Assembly: GCA_963780475.1 (NCBI GenBank)
Contig: CAWACB010000008.1
Span: forward strand, 617,857 to 681,856
Direction: 5' to 3'
Length of the DNA stretch: 64,000 nt
Source of the DNA: an uncultured Solirubrobacterales bacterium
GTDB taxonomy: Bacteria; Actinomycetota; Thermoleophilia; Solirubrobacterales; JBBDJG01
Shown: in pieces, positions 1 to 9,634 of the stretch
How the letters are laid out: the number at the start of each line of letters is the position of its first letter
Numbering within the stretch: the first letter of the stretch is position 1
Program-made: the position numbers and the translations under genes
The notes under the pieces: model-generated
What the model was told of the DNA's origin: nothing
Databases searched by the model: none
The model's input: only the letters and a program-made list of their open reading frames with translations

Positions 1-536
1 AGGAGCGTGCGCGTGACGTCGGCCCAGAAGTTGCCGAGCTCGCGGCCGGTGCGGGCCGCGAAGCCCCGCACGACCGCGATCGCGACCGCGATCCCGACGG
101 CCGCCGAGACGAAGTTCTGCACAGCCAGGCCGGTCATCTGCGAGAAGTACGACAGCGTGGTCTCGCCGCCGTAGAACTGCCAGTTCGTGTTAGTAGTGAA
201 CGAGGACGTCGTGTTGATGGCGACGTCCCACGGCATCGAGTCGAACCCCTCGGGGTTCCACGGGTGAATGCCCTGGGTGCGCAGGATCACGTACAGAACG
301 ACGTAACAGACGGCGCTGAACACGAGCGTCGTGCGGGCGTAGGCCTTCCAGTCCTGACCCCGCGCGGGGTCGACACGCAGCACCCGGTAGGTGAGCCGCT
401 CGAGCGGCCCCAGCACAGGGGTCAGGAACACCCGGTCGCCTCTGTAGACGCGGAACATGTACGCGCCCAGAAGTGGCGTGATCGCCGTCAGGACGGCCAG
501 GTAGATCGCGACCTGGAGGAAGCCCTGGGCGGTCAC
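1..536 (-). CDS. kdpA: potassium-transporting ATPase subunit A (KdpA), N-terminal part, runs off window
   Basis: Manual minus-strand translation from GTG at 536: MTAQGFLQVAIYLAVL...FTTNTNWQFYGGETTLSYFSQMTGLAVQNFVSAAVGIAV. This matches the conserved KdpA N-terminus. It is missing from the ORF track because it is open at the window edge. The GTGA overlaps the kdpF stop. Confidence 0.9.
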   Translation of the reverse strand, partial: MTAQGFLQVAIYLAVLTAITPLLGAYMFRVYRGDRVFLTPVLGPLERLTYRVLRVDPARGQDWKAYARTTLVFSAVCYVVLYVILRTQGIHPWNPEGFDSMPWDVAINTTSSFTTNTNWQFYGGETTLSYFSQMTGLAVQNFVSAAVGIAVAIAVVRGFAARTGRELGNFWADVTRTL

Positions 537-622
537 AGCTTCTCACCGCGCAGCAGCGCGTAGACCAGGTAGGCGAAGACCGCGATCGAGACGATCAGGC
601 CGAACAGCTCCGCGCCGCTCAT
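533..622 (-). CDS. kdpF: KdpF, 29-aa membrane peptide of the Kdp ATPase
   Basis: Manual translation gives MSGAELFGLIVSIAVFAYLVYALLRGEKL. It has the typical KdpF length, a single TM helix and the YLVYALLR-type C-terminus, and lies directly upstream of kdpA. Confidence 0.75.
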   Translation of the reverse strand: MSGAELFGLIVSIAVFAYLVYALLRGEKL

Positions 623-699
623 ATCCAGTCGAGCAGCTCGATGGTCGCGAGCAGCAGCGCGAAACACGCGAGGCCGATGGCGATGGAAATCACATCCAT
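619..699 (-). CDS. hypothetical 26-aa hydrophobic micropeptide upstream of kdpF
   Basis: Manual translation gives MDVISIAIGLACFALLLATIELLDWI. Its stop overlaps the kdpF ATG (ATGA). The GAGG is only 2 nt from the ATG, so translation is uncertain. Confidence 0.35.
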   Translation of the reverse strand: MDVISIAIGLACFALLLATIELLDWI

Positions 700-769
700 G
701 ACCTCAGGGTAGGAAGCAGCCCGTTAAGCCAGGGTGAGTTTGGCGTCCCCTCCTATACAGATTGTGTAA

Positions 770-794
770 AGGCCCGATACCGGCCTTCGGGCCT
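770..794 (-). terminator. hairpin after kdpE, candidate intrinsic terminator
   Basis: Minus strand reads AGGCCCGA-aggccggta-TCGGGCCT (8-bp stem) followed by TTTAC. It starts 4 nt after the kdpE TAG. Confidence 0.45.
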
Positions 795-797
795 GGC

Positions 798-1481
<684 letters not shown>

Positions 1482-1494
1482 GGCAGTAGCGCGG

Positions 1495-2904
1495 TTACTC
1501 GGCCGCCGGGCCGGACGCGGTGGCGGCAGGCTCGGCCGTGTCCGCCGCGAGCGGGAGGTCGAACAGGAAGGTGGTCCCCTGCCCCGGCAGCGAGTCGGCC
1601 CGCAGGCGGCCCCCGTTCAGCTCGACGAAGCCGCGCGCGATCGCAAGACCGAGCCCCGATCCCGGCCCCGTCCTGTCCGGCGCGGTATGGAAGGGCTCGA
1701 ACACCCGCTCGAGCTCCTCTCTCGGAATCCCGCTCCCGGAGTCGCTGACCCGTAGGAGAAGCCTGTTCACCGGCGCGCTCGCCCGGATCGTGACCGGGTT
1801 GTCGCCGGCATGACGGGCGGCGTTCTCGAGCACGTTCGCGAGCGCCCGCTCGAGCTGCGCGGCGTCGGCACGGATCATGGGCAGGCCGTCGTCAAGCGCG
1901 ATGTCGAAGCCCTTGGAAGGCGGGGTCACCGAGGCGACCGCCTCGCGCACCACCTCCTCGATCGAGCACCAGTCGGTGCGCGGCGCGGCCGCGCCCGCCT
2001 GTAGCCGCGACAGGTCGAGGACGTTGTCCACCAGGCGCGCGAGCCGCGCCGCCTCGGTGGATATCACCGCGCTGAGCTCGCGGCGCTCCTCCTCCGTGAT
2101 GGTGTCCGATTGCAGTCCCCCGGCCGCCGCGGAGATTGCGGTCAGCGGAGAGCGTAGGTCGTGCGACACCGAGCGCAGCATGGTGGTCTTGAGCACGTTG
2201 CTGTGGCGCAGCGCCTTGGTCTCGACCACCTGCGCCTCGAGCTCGGAGCGCCGGCGGGCGGCGCCGACCAGGGCCTCGAGCGCCGGCACGATGCGCACCC
2301 GCACCGTCTCCGCGACGTCCTCGGGAGTGTCCCGCGGGATCAGCAGGGTCCCGGCGCGTTCCCCCTGCACCAGCAGCGGAAGCGCCACCATGCGCTGCTC
2401 GCTCGCGACCCAGTCCAGCGAGACGGTCACCGCGGGTAGGTCATAAGCCGCCGCGATCCGCTGGCCTGCTTCGCGCAGCGACTCCTCGAGGCTCTCGCCG
2501 CTCAGCATCACGCGCGCCATCTCCGCCACGAGGTCTGCCTCGCGCCTGCGCAGATCCGCCTCGATCTGCCGGTTGCGCGCGGCGTCTGCGAGGGCGCTCG
2601 CGATCACCGCGATTGCGAAGAAGACGCCGAGCGCGACCCAGTTCTCGCCGTCGGAGATCGTGAACTCGCCGGTCGGCGGCAGGTGGAAGAAGTTGAAGGC
2701 CGCCGCACTGAGGACCGAGGTGGCGAGCCCCATCCAGACGCCCCAGTAGATCGAGACGATCAGCACCGGGAGCAGGTACACGACTCCGGTGGAGACGACC
2801 GGAACCGCCTCGCGTAGTCCGAAGATGATCGCGGTGACCGTGGCGACCAGCGCGGCGGCGACGGCCAATCCGGTCAAAGGCGAGCGCTGCTCGCTCAGCA
2901 CCAT
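1495..2904 (-). CDS. kdpD: KdpD-type sensor histidine kinase, short form (DUF4118 membrane domain + GAF-like + HisKA + HATPase)
   Basis: 469 aa. TM block with FNFFHLPPTGEFTISD, H-box SHDLRSPLTAI, and G-boxes DSGSGIP and GSGLGLAI. It lacks the N-terminal KdpD/Usp sensor half of canonical KdpD. Confidence 0.85.
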   Translation of the reverse strand: MVLSEQRSPLTGLAVAAALVATVTAIIFGLREAVPVVSTGVVYLLPVLIVSIYWGVWMGLATSVLSAAAFNFFHLPPTGEFTISDGENWVALGVFFAIAVIASALADAARNRQIEADLRRREADLVAEMARVMLSGESLEESLREAGQRIAAAYDLPAVTVSLDWVASEQRMVALPLLVQGERAGTLLIPRDTPEDVAETVRVRIVPALEALVGAARRRSELEAQVVETKALRHSNVLKTTMLRSVSHDLRSPLTAISAAAGGLQSDTITEEERRELSAVISTEAARLARLVDNVLDLSRLQAGAAAPRTDWCSIEEVVREAVASVTPPSKGFDIALDDGLPMIRADAAQLERALANVLENAARHAGDNPVTIRASAPVNRLLLRVSDSGSGIPREELERVFEPFHTAPDRTGPGSGLGLAIARGFVELNGGRLRADSLPGQGTTFLFDLPLAADTAEPAATASGPAAE

Positions 2905-2918
2905 GTCCTAATGATGGC

Positions 2919-5049
2919 CTACGCGCGGGCGGGAGCTAGTCGCGCGGGGCGCGGCTGAGGACGAGCGTTTCGCCCGAGCCCTGGTGGCACGCGTGGCCGC
3001 CGCCTGGGCACTCGGGGCAGCTGCAGCGACGGGTCGAGCTTGTTCTCGCCGCGCTTGGCCTTGCCCCGGCGCACCACCTTCTCGCAGCCCTTGACGAAGT
3101 CGATCCGGTCGACGCGCGCGGTGTCGCGGCCGGCGCCGCAGTCCACCATGTCCTCGGTGCCGTTCCGGGCATTCACCGAGTCCTTGCCGGGTCCGCCGCG
3201 GTAGATGTTGCCGCCGGGGCCGCCGACCAGACGGTCGCGGCCGACTCCGCCGTAGAGCGCGTCGTCGCCCGGAGCCGCCTACGAGTCGGTCGTTGCCCCA
3301 GCCGCCGTAGAGCTGGTCGTTGCCGGTCCCGCCGACCAGGGTGTCGTTACCGACGGCGCCGTTCGGCGGTGGCGCGGCGCTGATGCTCGCGATCGACGCG
3401 CCGTCGTTCTCGGGCGGCGATGCGTTGCCGCACATGTCGCCGTAGGCGACGTCGGGACCCGCTTGTGTGCGGATGCTGTCGTCTCCCCCAAGCCCGCAGA
3501 GCTTGTCGTGCGACGTCGTGCCGATCAGCCGGTCAGAGCCGGCCTTGCCGACGCGCAGGCTGAAGTGCGCGCCACCGGCGTGACCGCCGTGCATGTCGCC
3601 GGCCGCGTGGCCCTCGCCGTGCCCGTCGCCGCCGTGCGCGCCGTGATCGCCCGATCCGAGATCAGGCGGCGGCGCCGGGGTGTTCGGGAAGAGGAACTCG
3701 CGCTGGTAGACATGAGCGAGTCCGCCAGGGTTGTCAGTGCCGAGGTTGGTAGCCGTCGAGAGAAAGGCGACCCCCGATGCATCGGCGGAGATCGCCCCGT
3801 CGAGCACCTCTCCATCGGCCGGCAGCACCGGCGGCGCCCGCGCCACGGCTGCCCAGAGTGGTCCTGTCATAGCTCAGGGTGCTGCCTTGAACGAGCACGC
3901 CTGAGCGCAGGAACAGGTCGGCACCTTCGCCGTCCTCGTCACTGAGGTTCGTCGCCGCCGACACGAAGGAGACGACCCGCCCCTCCGCCGACAGCGTTGG
4001 CGCGGAGGCGTTTGCATCGGCCGGCGCGCCAGTCTCGGCCTGGCGCGCGGCTGACCAGGGTCGTGGAGTTCGCCTGGGTGTCGCGCACGTAGGCCTGGGT
4101 GCCGGATACGCCGGCCGTCAGGTTCGTCGCCCGCGACACGAATGCGACGTGTCGCCCGTCCGCGGAGATCGACGGCTGCGACGACGCTCCATCGGCTGGC
4201 TGGCTGATGATCCCGCTGATCGTCGTGCGGCTCAGGTGCGCCAGGAAGTTGAACCGGCGGTCCAGGACGTAGACGTTGGAGAAGGCGTCGATGTCGACGT
4301 TCATCAGGTTGTCGGCATCGGAAGTGAACGCGACCTTCAGGCCGCTCGCCGAGATCGATGGGTCGTAGCTGGGGCCATTGGCCGCGCCAGTGGCCGGCTT
4401 GCTGGCGAGGCTCGTCGCGCCTGCGCTGGTGTCCCAGACGAACACATCCGTGACGGTGTCGTCGTCAACGGCCGAGATGTTGGTCGCCGCCGAGTCGTAG
4501 GCGATCAGCGAGCCGTCAGCCGAGACCGACGGATTGTGCGACGCGCCGTCCGCCGGGCCGGCCGTCGCGCGGCTCACGAGCGTCGTCGTGCCTGCTGTCA
4601 CGTCGCGGACGTAGATGTTCGTCACCGAGTCGTCGTCGTCCGCCGCTCAGGTTGTCGGCGTCGGACTCGAACGCGACGAGGTTCCCGTCCGCGGAGATGG
4701 AGGGACCGCGTGAGTCGCCGCCTGCCGCAGGTGCTCCGTCCATGCCGTCGGCGCGGCTGACAAGCGTCGTCGTTCCCGTGTCGAGGTTCCGCACGTACAC
4801 GCTGCTCACCGGGACGTCCTCCGGCGAGGCGGGCTCCGGCCGCGAGGTGAAGGCAACCAAGCGCCCGTTGCCGGAAGCGGCAACCCCAGGCTCCGCCGCG
4901 AGGGCCCCGCCGTCTGCGCCGTCCGCGCGGCTGACCAGAGTCAGGTCATCGACCGCGCCGCTTGCCAGCGCGGGAACCACCGCCGCCGCCAGCACGGCGA
5001 ACGCGATCGCCAAGCGCAGCCGGGCGTGCGACGCGCGGACAGGGCTCAA
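2919..5049 (-). pseudogene. secreted PD40 (TolB-like) repeat / His-rich / RTX Ca-binding repeat protein, frame broken at least 4 times
   Basis: Signal peptide MSPVRASHARLRLAIAFAVLAAAVVPALASG. Repeats of the form SISADG..VAF.S.A.NL are spread over ORFs 4516-5049, 3939-4625, 3734-3964 and 2908-3870. Then come GDHGAHGGDGHGEGHAAGDMHGGHAGGAH, GGTGNDQLYGGWGNDRLVGG, and a tail MVDCGAGRDTARVDRIDFVKGCEKV (ORF 2919-3176). Frame changes lie near 4640, 4043, 3850 and 3268. Confidence 0.7.
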
Positions 5050-5294
5050 CGCGAGCCGTCCTCCTTGCGCAGTTCGTCCTCGAGCGAGATCGCCCGAATC
5101 GAGTGGTCGTCCGGCAGCTTCTCCAGCACCTGGTGGATGACGCGCGCGACGTCGTGTTCGTCGTGGCCGAAGTCGTCCAGCAGGCTCTTGAGAGCGGTGT
5201 GTGTGATCTTCATCTGAGCCGGAGTCAGCTCGAGGTGATAACGGAAGTCTTCCGCTGCTCCCTCGGCCGCGCCGGCCGCATCAGGCTCTGCCAA
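5046..5294 (-). CDS. small acidic hypothetical protein
   Basis: 82 aa with a protein-like, non-repetitive sequence. GGGAGG lies 4 nt before a TTG start. Its stop overlaps the start of the downstream secreted gene (TTGA). Confidence 0.55.
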   Translation of the reverse strand: MAEPDAAGAAEGAAEDFRYHLELTPAQMKITHTALKSLLDDFGHDEHDVARVIHQVLEKLPDDHSIRAISLEDELRKEDGSR

Positions 5295-5403
5295 TTCGCC
5301 TCCCCGTGGCCCGTTGTTACTTCACCAATGGTAGTGGCGAAGCGCGCCGCCGGTCCCGCCTGATGCAGCGCCCGGCGGCGCGCTTGCCTGACCTCCCAGC
5401 GGC

Positions 5404-5796
5404 TTAGTCCCGCAGGCGCACGCTCCGGGTGACCGAGTTGCGGCCGTTCTTGTTGCGCGCGACGATCGTCACGCGGGCGCTGACCTTCTTCCCGTTGCGG
5501 ATCGCGCGCTTGACGGCCTTCTTGTCGGCGCGGCTGAAACGCAGGTAGACCTGGTTGGTGAGGTGGATCACCACCGACCGGGTCCCCCCTCTCATCCGGC
5601 GGCCCATCGCCTTGCCGCTGACCGCGAGCTTGGCTCCCTTCTGATGCACGGCAGCCAGGATGTAGACGTGGTCCACGTCCTGGGACGCCGGGATCTTGAC
5701 CGTCATACCAGGCGCCTTGGCAGCCGCCGGCACGATGGCAAAGGCGAGCGCCACCAACGCGGTCGCGGACAGGACACAGAAGAAGCGCCTGCTCAC
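5404..5796 (-). CDS. small secreted protein with a basic beta-strand-rich module
   Basis: 130 aa with signal peptide MSRRFFCVLSATALVALAFAIVPAAAKA. The GTG start overlaps the stop of the upstream monooxygenase-like gene (GTGA). Its C-terminal pattern resembles the tails of the 60582 and 63446 proteins. Confidence 0.65.
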   Translation of the reverse strand: MSRRFFCVLSATALVALAFAIVPAAAKAPGMTVKIPASQDVDHVYILAAVHQKGAKLAVSGKAMGRRMRGGTRSVVIHLTNQVYLRFSRADKKAVKRAIRNGKKVSARVTIVARNKNGRNSVTRSVRLRD

Positions 5797-7602
5797 GGAA
5801 TGAAGACCCCCTGGGTCGCGAACAGAGTGTTGGGGCCGGTCGACGCAACGCCGTCGGGACCGCCGTCGAACACCTTCACCTGGGCCAGCTCCCAGTTGGA
5901 GCGCCGCGTCTCGCGCACGCTCCCAGGCTGGACAGCGTCGGCCGTGGTGGACACGGCGCAGGTGCTGCCGATCGTCGTGCTTGCGGTTGTGGCGCAGGGG
6001 ACCGTCACGGGGAAGTCGACGCTCTGCCCCACTCCGACCTCCGCGGGACCGTTGTTGCGGTCCGTGATCTGGAGCGTCGGCCGCAGCTGCAGCTGGCCGC
6101 TGTAATCGGTCAGGTCACTCGCCCGGCGAACGTCGGTGACGTTGACGGTGATGTTCACGTCGGCCTCGTCGGCGACCGTGCCGGCGTTCCCGTTCACCAC
6201 CACGAACTTCGCCGAGCCGATGAAGTTCGCCGCCGCGCCGTTGGCGTCCGGCGAGCCCGTCGTCAGCTGGCCCGACGACCGCACCGGCGGGTTGCACGAG
6301 GAGTAGTTGAGCGGCGCGGCGTGCACACGGTTGGGCGCGCCGCAGTTGTTGTAGGCCGGTACCAGTGAGGCGTAGAACGGCGTGGCCGCCTTGGGCCGGA
6401 CGTAGCCGGGCTCCGTCGGTGACAGGTAGCCGACCATGATCCCCATCGCGTCCGTCTGGTTGAAGCCGGTGTTGTTCTGGTACTCGCTGTGGATCTTGAT
6501 CACCTGGCCGGCGTTGAGCTTGTAGCCGTCATCGTGCGGCCACGCTGCGCTCGGCGGATAGGCCTCGGCCTGCGCTCCGCCAGGCACGGATGTCTGGATG
6601 CCGCACAGGCTCACCGTGTCCAGGTGGCCCCGCCACTGCGTGCCGGCGAATGGAGTTCCGAAGTAGCCCTCCGCGCGGCACATCGTGGCGCCCGGTGATG
6701 TCGGCGGGCGGCGGGTTGTTGGGCGGGTTCGGCCCGTAGTAGTCGGAGGCCGGGCCGCCGACCAGCTCGGCGGAGGTGGCGATGCCGCCGCCCTCGGCGG
6801 CACAGTGGTCGAGGCACGCGCCCTGCCCGGTGATGTCGACGTCGTGCATGTGCCCGGACATGGCGACGAAGCGACCGCTGACGGTCGACGTCCACTGCTG
6901 GTGGGTGTCCGAGTAGCCGCCGGGGATCGTGTACTCCGAGTCGCCGCAGGCAGCGCCCATGCCATCGACGTCCAGCCAGATGGGACGGACCGGATCACCG
7001 GCGGCGATGTGGCGCCAGGTGACCTCGATCCAGACAGTCTTGACCGTGGTATTGCGGTTCACGAGGTGGGTGATCATGGTCCAGCTGCCATTGAGGTTCT
7101 GGTAGCCGAACTTGCCCGGCAGGTGCACGTGCGTGCGCTCGTTGCCGGCCGCGAAGAACCGGTCGCCGAGCTGGCCCTGGCCGGCGCCCGGGCAGGTTGC
7201 ATCCTGCTTGCCGGGGTTCGTGATCGAGAAGTGGTGCATCATCACGCCGCCGTCGAGGTTCGCCGTCGACGTGGCGCCGGGGGTCGACGCATTGGCGCCG
7301 AAGACGAGGCTCGGCACCATGTCGGTGATGTAGCAGTTGCTGCAGGGCGCGGTGATCGAGTCGATCTGGTTGTGGATCTGGCCCAGGGTCGGCCCAGAAG
7401 CCGCGGGAATGTTGAACGGGCCGTAGCGGGCCTGCACGATCGTCCCCGGGCGTGCCGGCAGGTCGGCGCGCGGGTCGCTGAACGACCCAAGTGTCGTGTT
7501 GACCGTGTTGAGCGCCGAGGCGGGCGCGGCGACGGCCAGCGATGCGATCACCGCCATGACGGCGATCAGCCCAGCGTGCATTGCTCTCGAACTGTTCCCC
7601 AT
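5793..7602 (-). CDS. secreted PHM/DBH-like copper monooxygenase-like protein, paralogue A (1-nt frame break near 6692)
   Basis: ORFs 6529-7602 and 5793-6998 join as DYYGPNPPNNPPPADITG | ATMCRAEGYFG by comparison with paralogue B. Has a signal peptide. Motifs: GVMMHHF, ITHLVN, GHMHDVDITG, TDAMGIMVGY. GAGGGGG lies before the ATG at 7602. Confidence 0.75.
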
Positions 7603-7710
7603 TTAGTCCCCCTCGGCTCCGATGCCGGCCTGGATGCGATGGTAACCCACGCGCTCCAGGCTAGCTCCGTTACCAAGCGGCGATTCGGGCACGCGAGCGC
7701 GCCCGTCGCC

Positions 7711-9531
7711 TCACGGGACGAAGACGCCCTGGACCGCGAACAGCGTGTTCGGGGCGGTCGAGGCGAGCCCGTCGGCTCCGCCGTCGAACACCTTCACCTG
7801 AGCCATCTCCCAGTTGGAGCGGCGGGTTTCCCGGACCGCCCCGGGCTGCACGGCGTCCGCCGACGTATTCACCGCGCACGTGCTGCCGACCGTGGTGCTG
7901 ACAGTCGTCGTGCACGGCACCGTCACGGGGAAGTCGACGCTCCCGACGCCGACCTCGGCCGGCCCGTTGTTGCGGTCGGTGATCTGGAGCGTGGGCCGCA
8001 GTTGGAGCTGCCCGCTGTAGTCGGTCAGGTCGCTCGCCTTGCGGACGTCGGTGACGTTCACCGTGATGTTCACGTCGGCCTCGTCCGCCGTCGTGCCCGT
8101 GTTGCCGTTGATTGCCACGAACTTCGCCGAGCCGATGAAGTTCGCCGCCGCGCCGTTGGCGTCGGGCGACCCGGTCGTCAGCTGGCCCGACGACCGCACC
8201 GGCGGGTTGCACGAGGAGTAGTTGAGCGGCGCGGCGTGCACCCGGTTGGGCGCGCCGCAGTTGTTGTAAGCGGGGACCAGCGACGCGTAGAACGGCGTCG
8301 CTGCCCGCGGGCGCGGATAGCCGGGCTCGGTCGGCGAGATGTAGCCGACCATGATCCCCATCGCGTCCGTCTGGCTGGAGCCCGTGTCGTTCTGGTACTC
8401 GCTGTGCACCTTGATCACCTGGCCGGCGTTGATCTTGATGCCGTCCGCCACGGGCCAAGCCCCGCTCGCCGGATAGGCGAGGGCCTGGGCGCCCGGAGGT
8501 ATCGAGGAATTGATCATGCAGAGGCTGACCGTGTCCAGGTGGCTGCGCCACTCGGTCGGGTTGAACGAGCCGAAGTACCCCTCGGACCGGCAGATGGTGG
8601 TGCCGGTCAGGTCGGATGGTGGTGAGGTGGGGGTCCCGTTGTTGGTCGGCGGGTTGGGTCCGTAGTAGTCGGTTGGACCACCCACCAGTTCGGCGGAGAC
8701 GGCGATTCCGTTGCCCTCGTTGGCGCAGTGGTTGGTGCAGGCGCCCGGTCCCGTGATGTCGACGTCGTGCATGTGCCCCGAGATGCCGACCAGCCGGCCG
8801 CTGATGGTCGAAGTCCACTGCTGATGGGTATCGGAGTAGCCCTGCGGGATCGTGTACTCGGAGTCCCCGCATGCCGCTCCCATGCCGTCGATGTCCAGCC
8901 ACATCGGCCGCACCGGGTTGGCCTGCGGCACGTAGCGGAAGATCAGCTCGATGTAGACGCTCCTGGTCGAAGTGTTCCGGTTGACCAGGTGGTAGATCTG
9001 ATTCCAGTTGTCGTTCTCGCCCTGCTGGTAGCCGAAGCCGGTCGGCAGATGCATGTGAGTGCGCTCGTTGCCGGCGGCGAAGACCCGCTCGCCGGTCAGC
9101 CCTGGGCCCGACCCGGGACACGTCAGGTCCTGCTTCCCGGTTCCCGGATTGGAAGCCAGCATGTGGTGCAGCATCACGCCGGAGTCGAGGTTCGCGTTCG
9201 TGCCGGGCGCGCCACCCGCGCCGTTGGCGTACACCAGTCCGGGAATGATGTCCGTGACGTAGCAGTCGCTACACGGGGCGGGCACGCCGAACTGCACTGC
9301 GTTGTGGATCTGGCCGAGGCTCCCTCCCGAGGCCGCCGGAATCGTGTAGGGCCCGTAGTCGACCTTCACCCACGTGCCGGCGCGGCTGGGCAGGTCGTTG
9401 CGCGCATCGCTCGGCGTCGGTATCACCGTCGGCCCGACGTGCGCCGAAACCGGCGCGGCAGCAGCCAGCACCGCGATCGCCGACAGCAACACGGCAAGCG
9501 CGAACACCGTTGTCCCGGACCTTCTCCCCAT
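7711..9531 (-). CDS. secreted PHM/DBH-like copper monooxygenase-like protein, paralogue B (intact)
   Basis: 606 aa from the ATG at 9531 (GGAGGGG RBS), with signal peptide MGRRSGTTVFALAVLLSAIAVLAAAAPVSA. Motifs: GVMLHHM, then 58 aa to IYHLVN, then 72 aa to GHMHDVDITG, later TDAMGIMVGY. A conserved C-terminal domain of about 210 aa follows. Confidence 0.8.
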   Translation of the reverse strand: MGRRSGTTVFALAVLLSAIAVLAAAAPVSAHVGPTVIPTPSDARNDLPSRAGTWVKVDYGPYTIPAASGGSLGQIHNAVQFGVPAPCSDCYVTDIIPGLVYANGAGGAPGTNANLDSGVMLHHMLASNPGTGKQDLTCPGSGPGLTGERVFAAGNERTHMHLPTGFGYQQGENDNWNQIYHLVNRNTSTRSVYIELIFRYVPQANPVRPMWLDIDGMGAACGDSEYTIPQGYSDTHQQWTSTISGRLVGISGHMHDVDITGPGACTNHCANEGNGIAVSAELVGGPTDYYGPNPPTNNGTPTSPPSDLTGTTICRSEGYFGSFNPTEWRSHLDTVSLCMINSSIPPGAQALAYPASGAWPVADGIKINAGQVIKVHSEYQNDTGSSQTDAMGIMVGYISPTEPGYPRPRAATPFYASLVPAYNNCGAPNRVHAAPLNYSSCNPPVRSSGQLTTGSPDANGAAANFIGSAKFVAINGNTGTTADEADVNITVNVTDVRKASDLTDYSGQLQLRPTLQITDRNNGPAEVGVGSVDFPVTVPCTTTVSTTVGSTCAVNTSADAVQPGAVRETRRSNWEMAQVKVFDGGADGLASTAPNTLFAVQGVFVP

Positions 9532-9634
9532 TACCCCTCCTGCTAGGAAACTGCAGCGATGGTAGTGGAGATGGCTAGGCTTTGTGCGGCGAGCGTCACG
9601 CGCTCGCGGACGGGCGGTTGAGCGAGGAGATCCA

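Noticed and set aside
700-797. Possible c-di-AMP riboswitch in the kdpF/kdpA leader. ydaO elements precede kdp operons in some Firmicutes.
   Set aside because: None of the conserved ydaO blocks (CGCU.A.UC, GCGGGGGA.CC, CAGCUAACC.CGUAAGCG) are present. Only a terminator-like hairpin is seen.
6685-8625. A 646-aa plus-strand ORF. Similar long ORFs occur at 24543-27491 (982 aa), 55426-58410 (994 aa), 30823-32907 (694 aa), 52870-54744 (624 aa) and 22132-23700 (522 aa, minus strand).
   Set aside because: They lie antisense to, or out of frame with, genes carrying clear family motifs. They translate to Arg/Gly/Ala/Asp-rich low-complexity strings with no motifs. They are the expected stop-codon-poor shadow frames of ~70% GC DNA.
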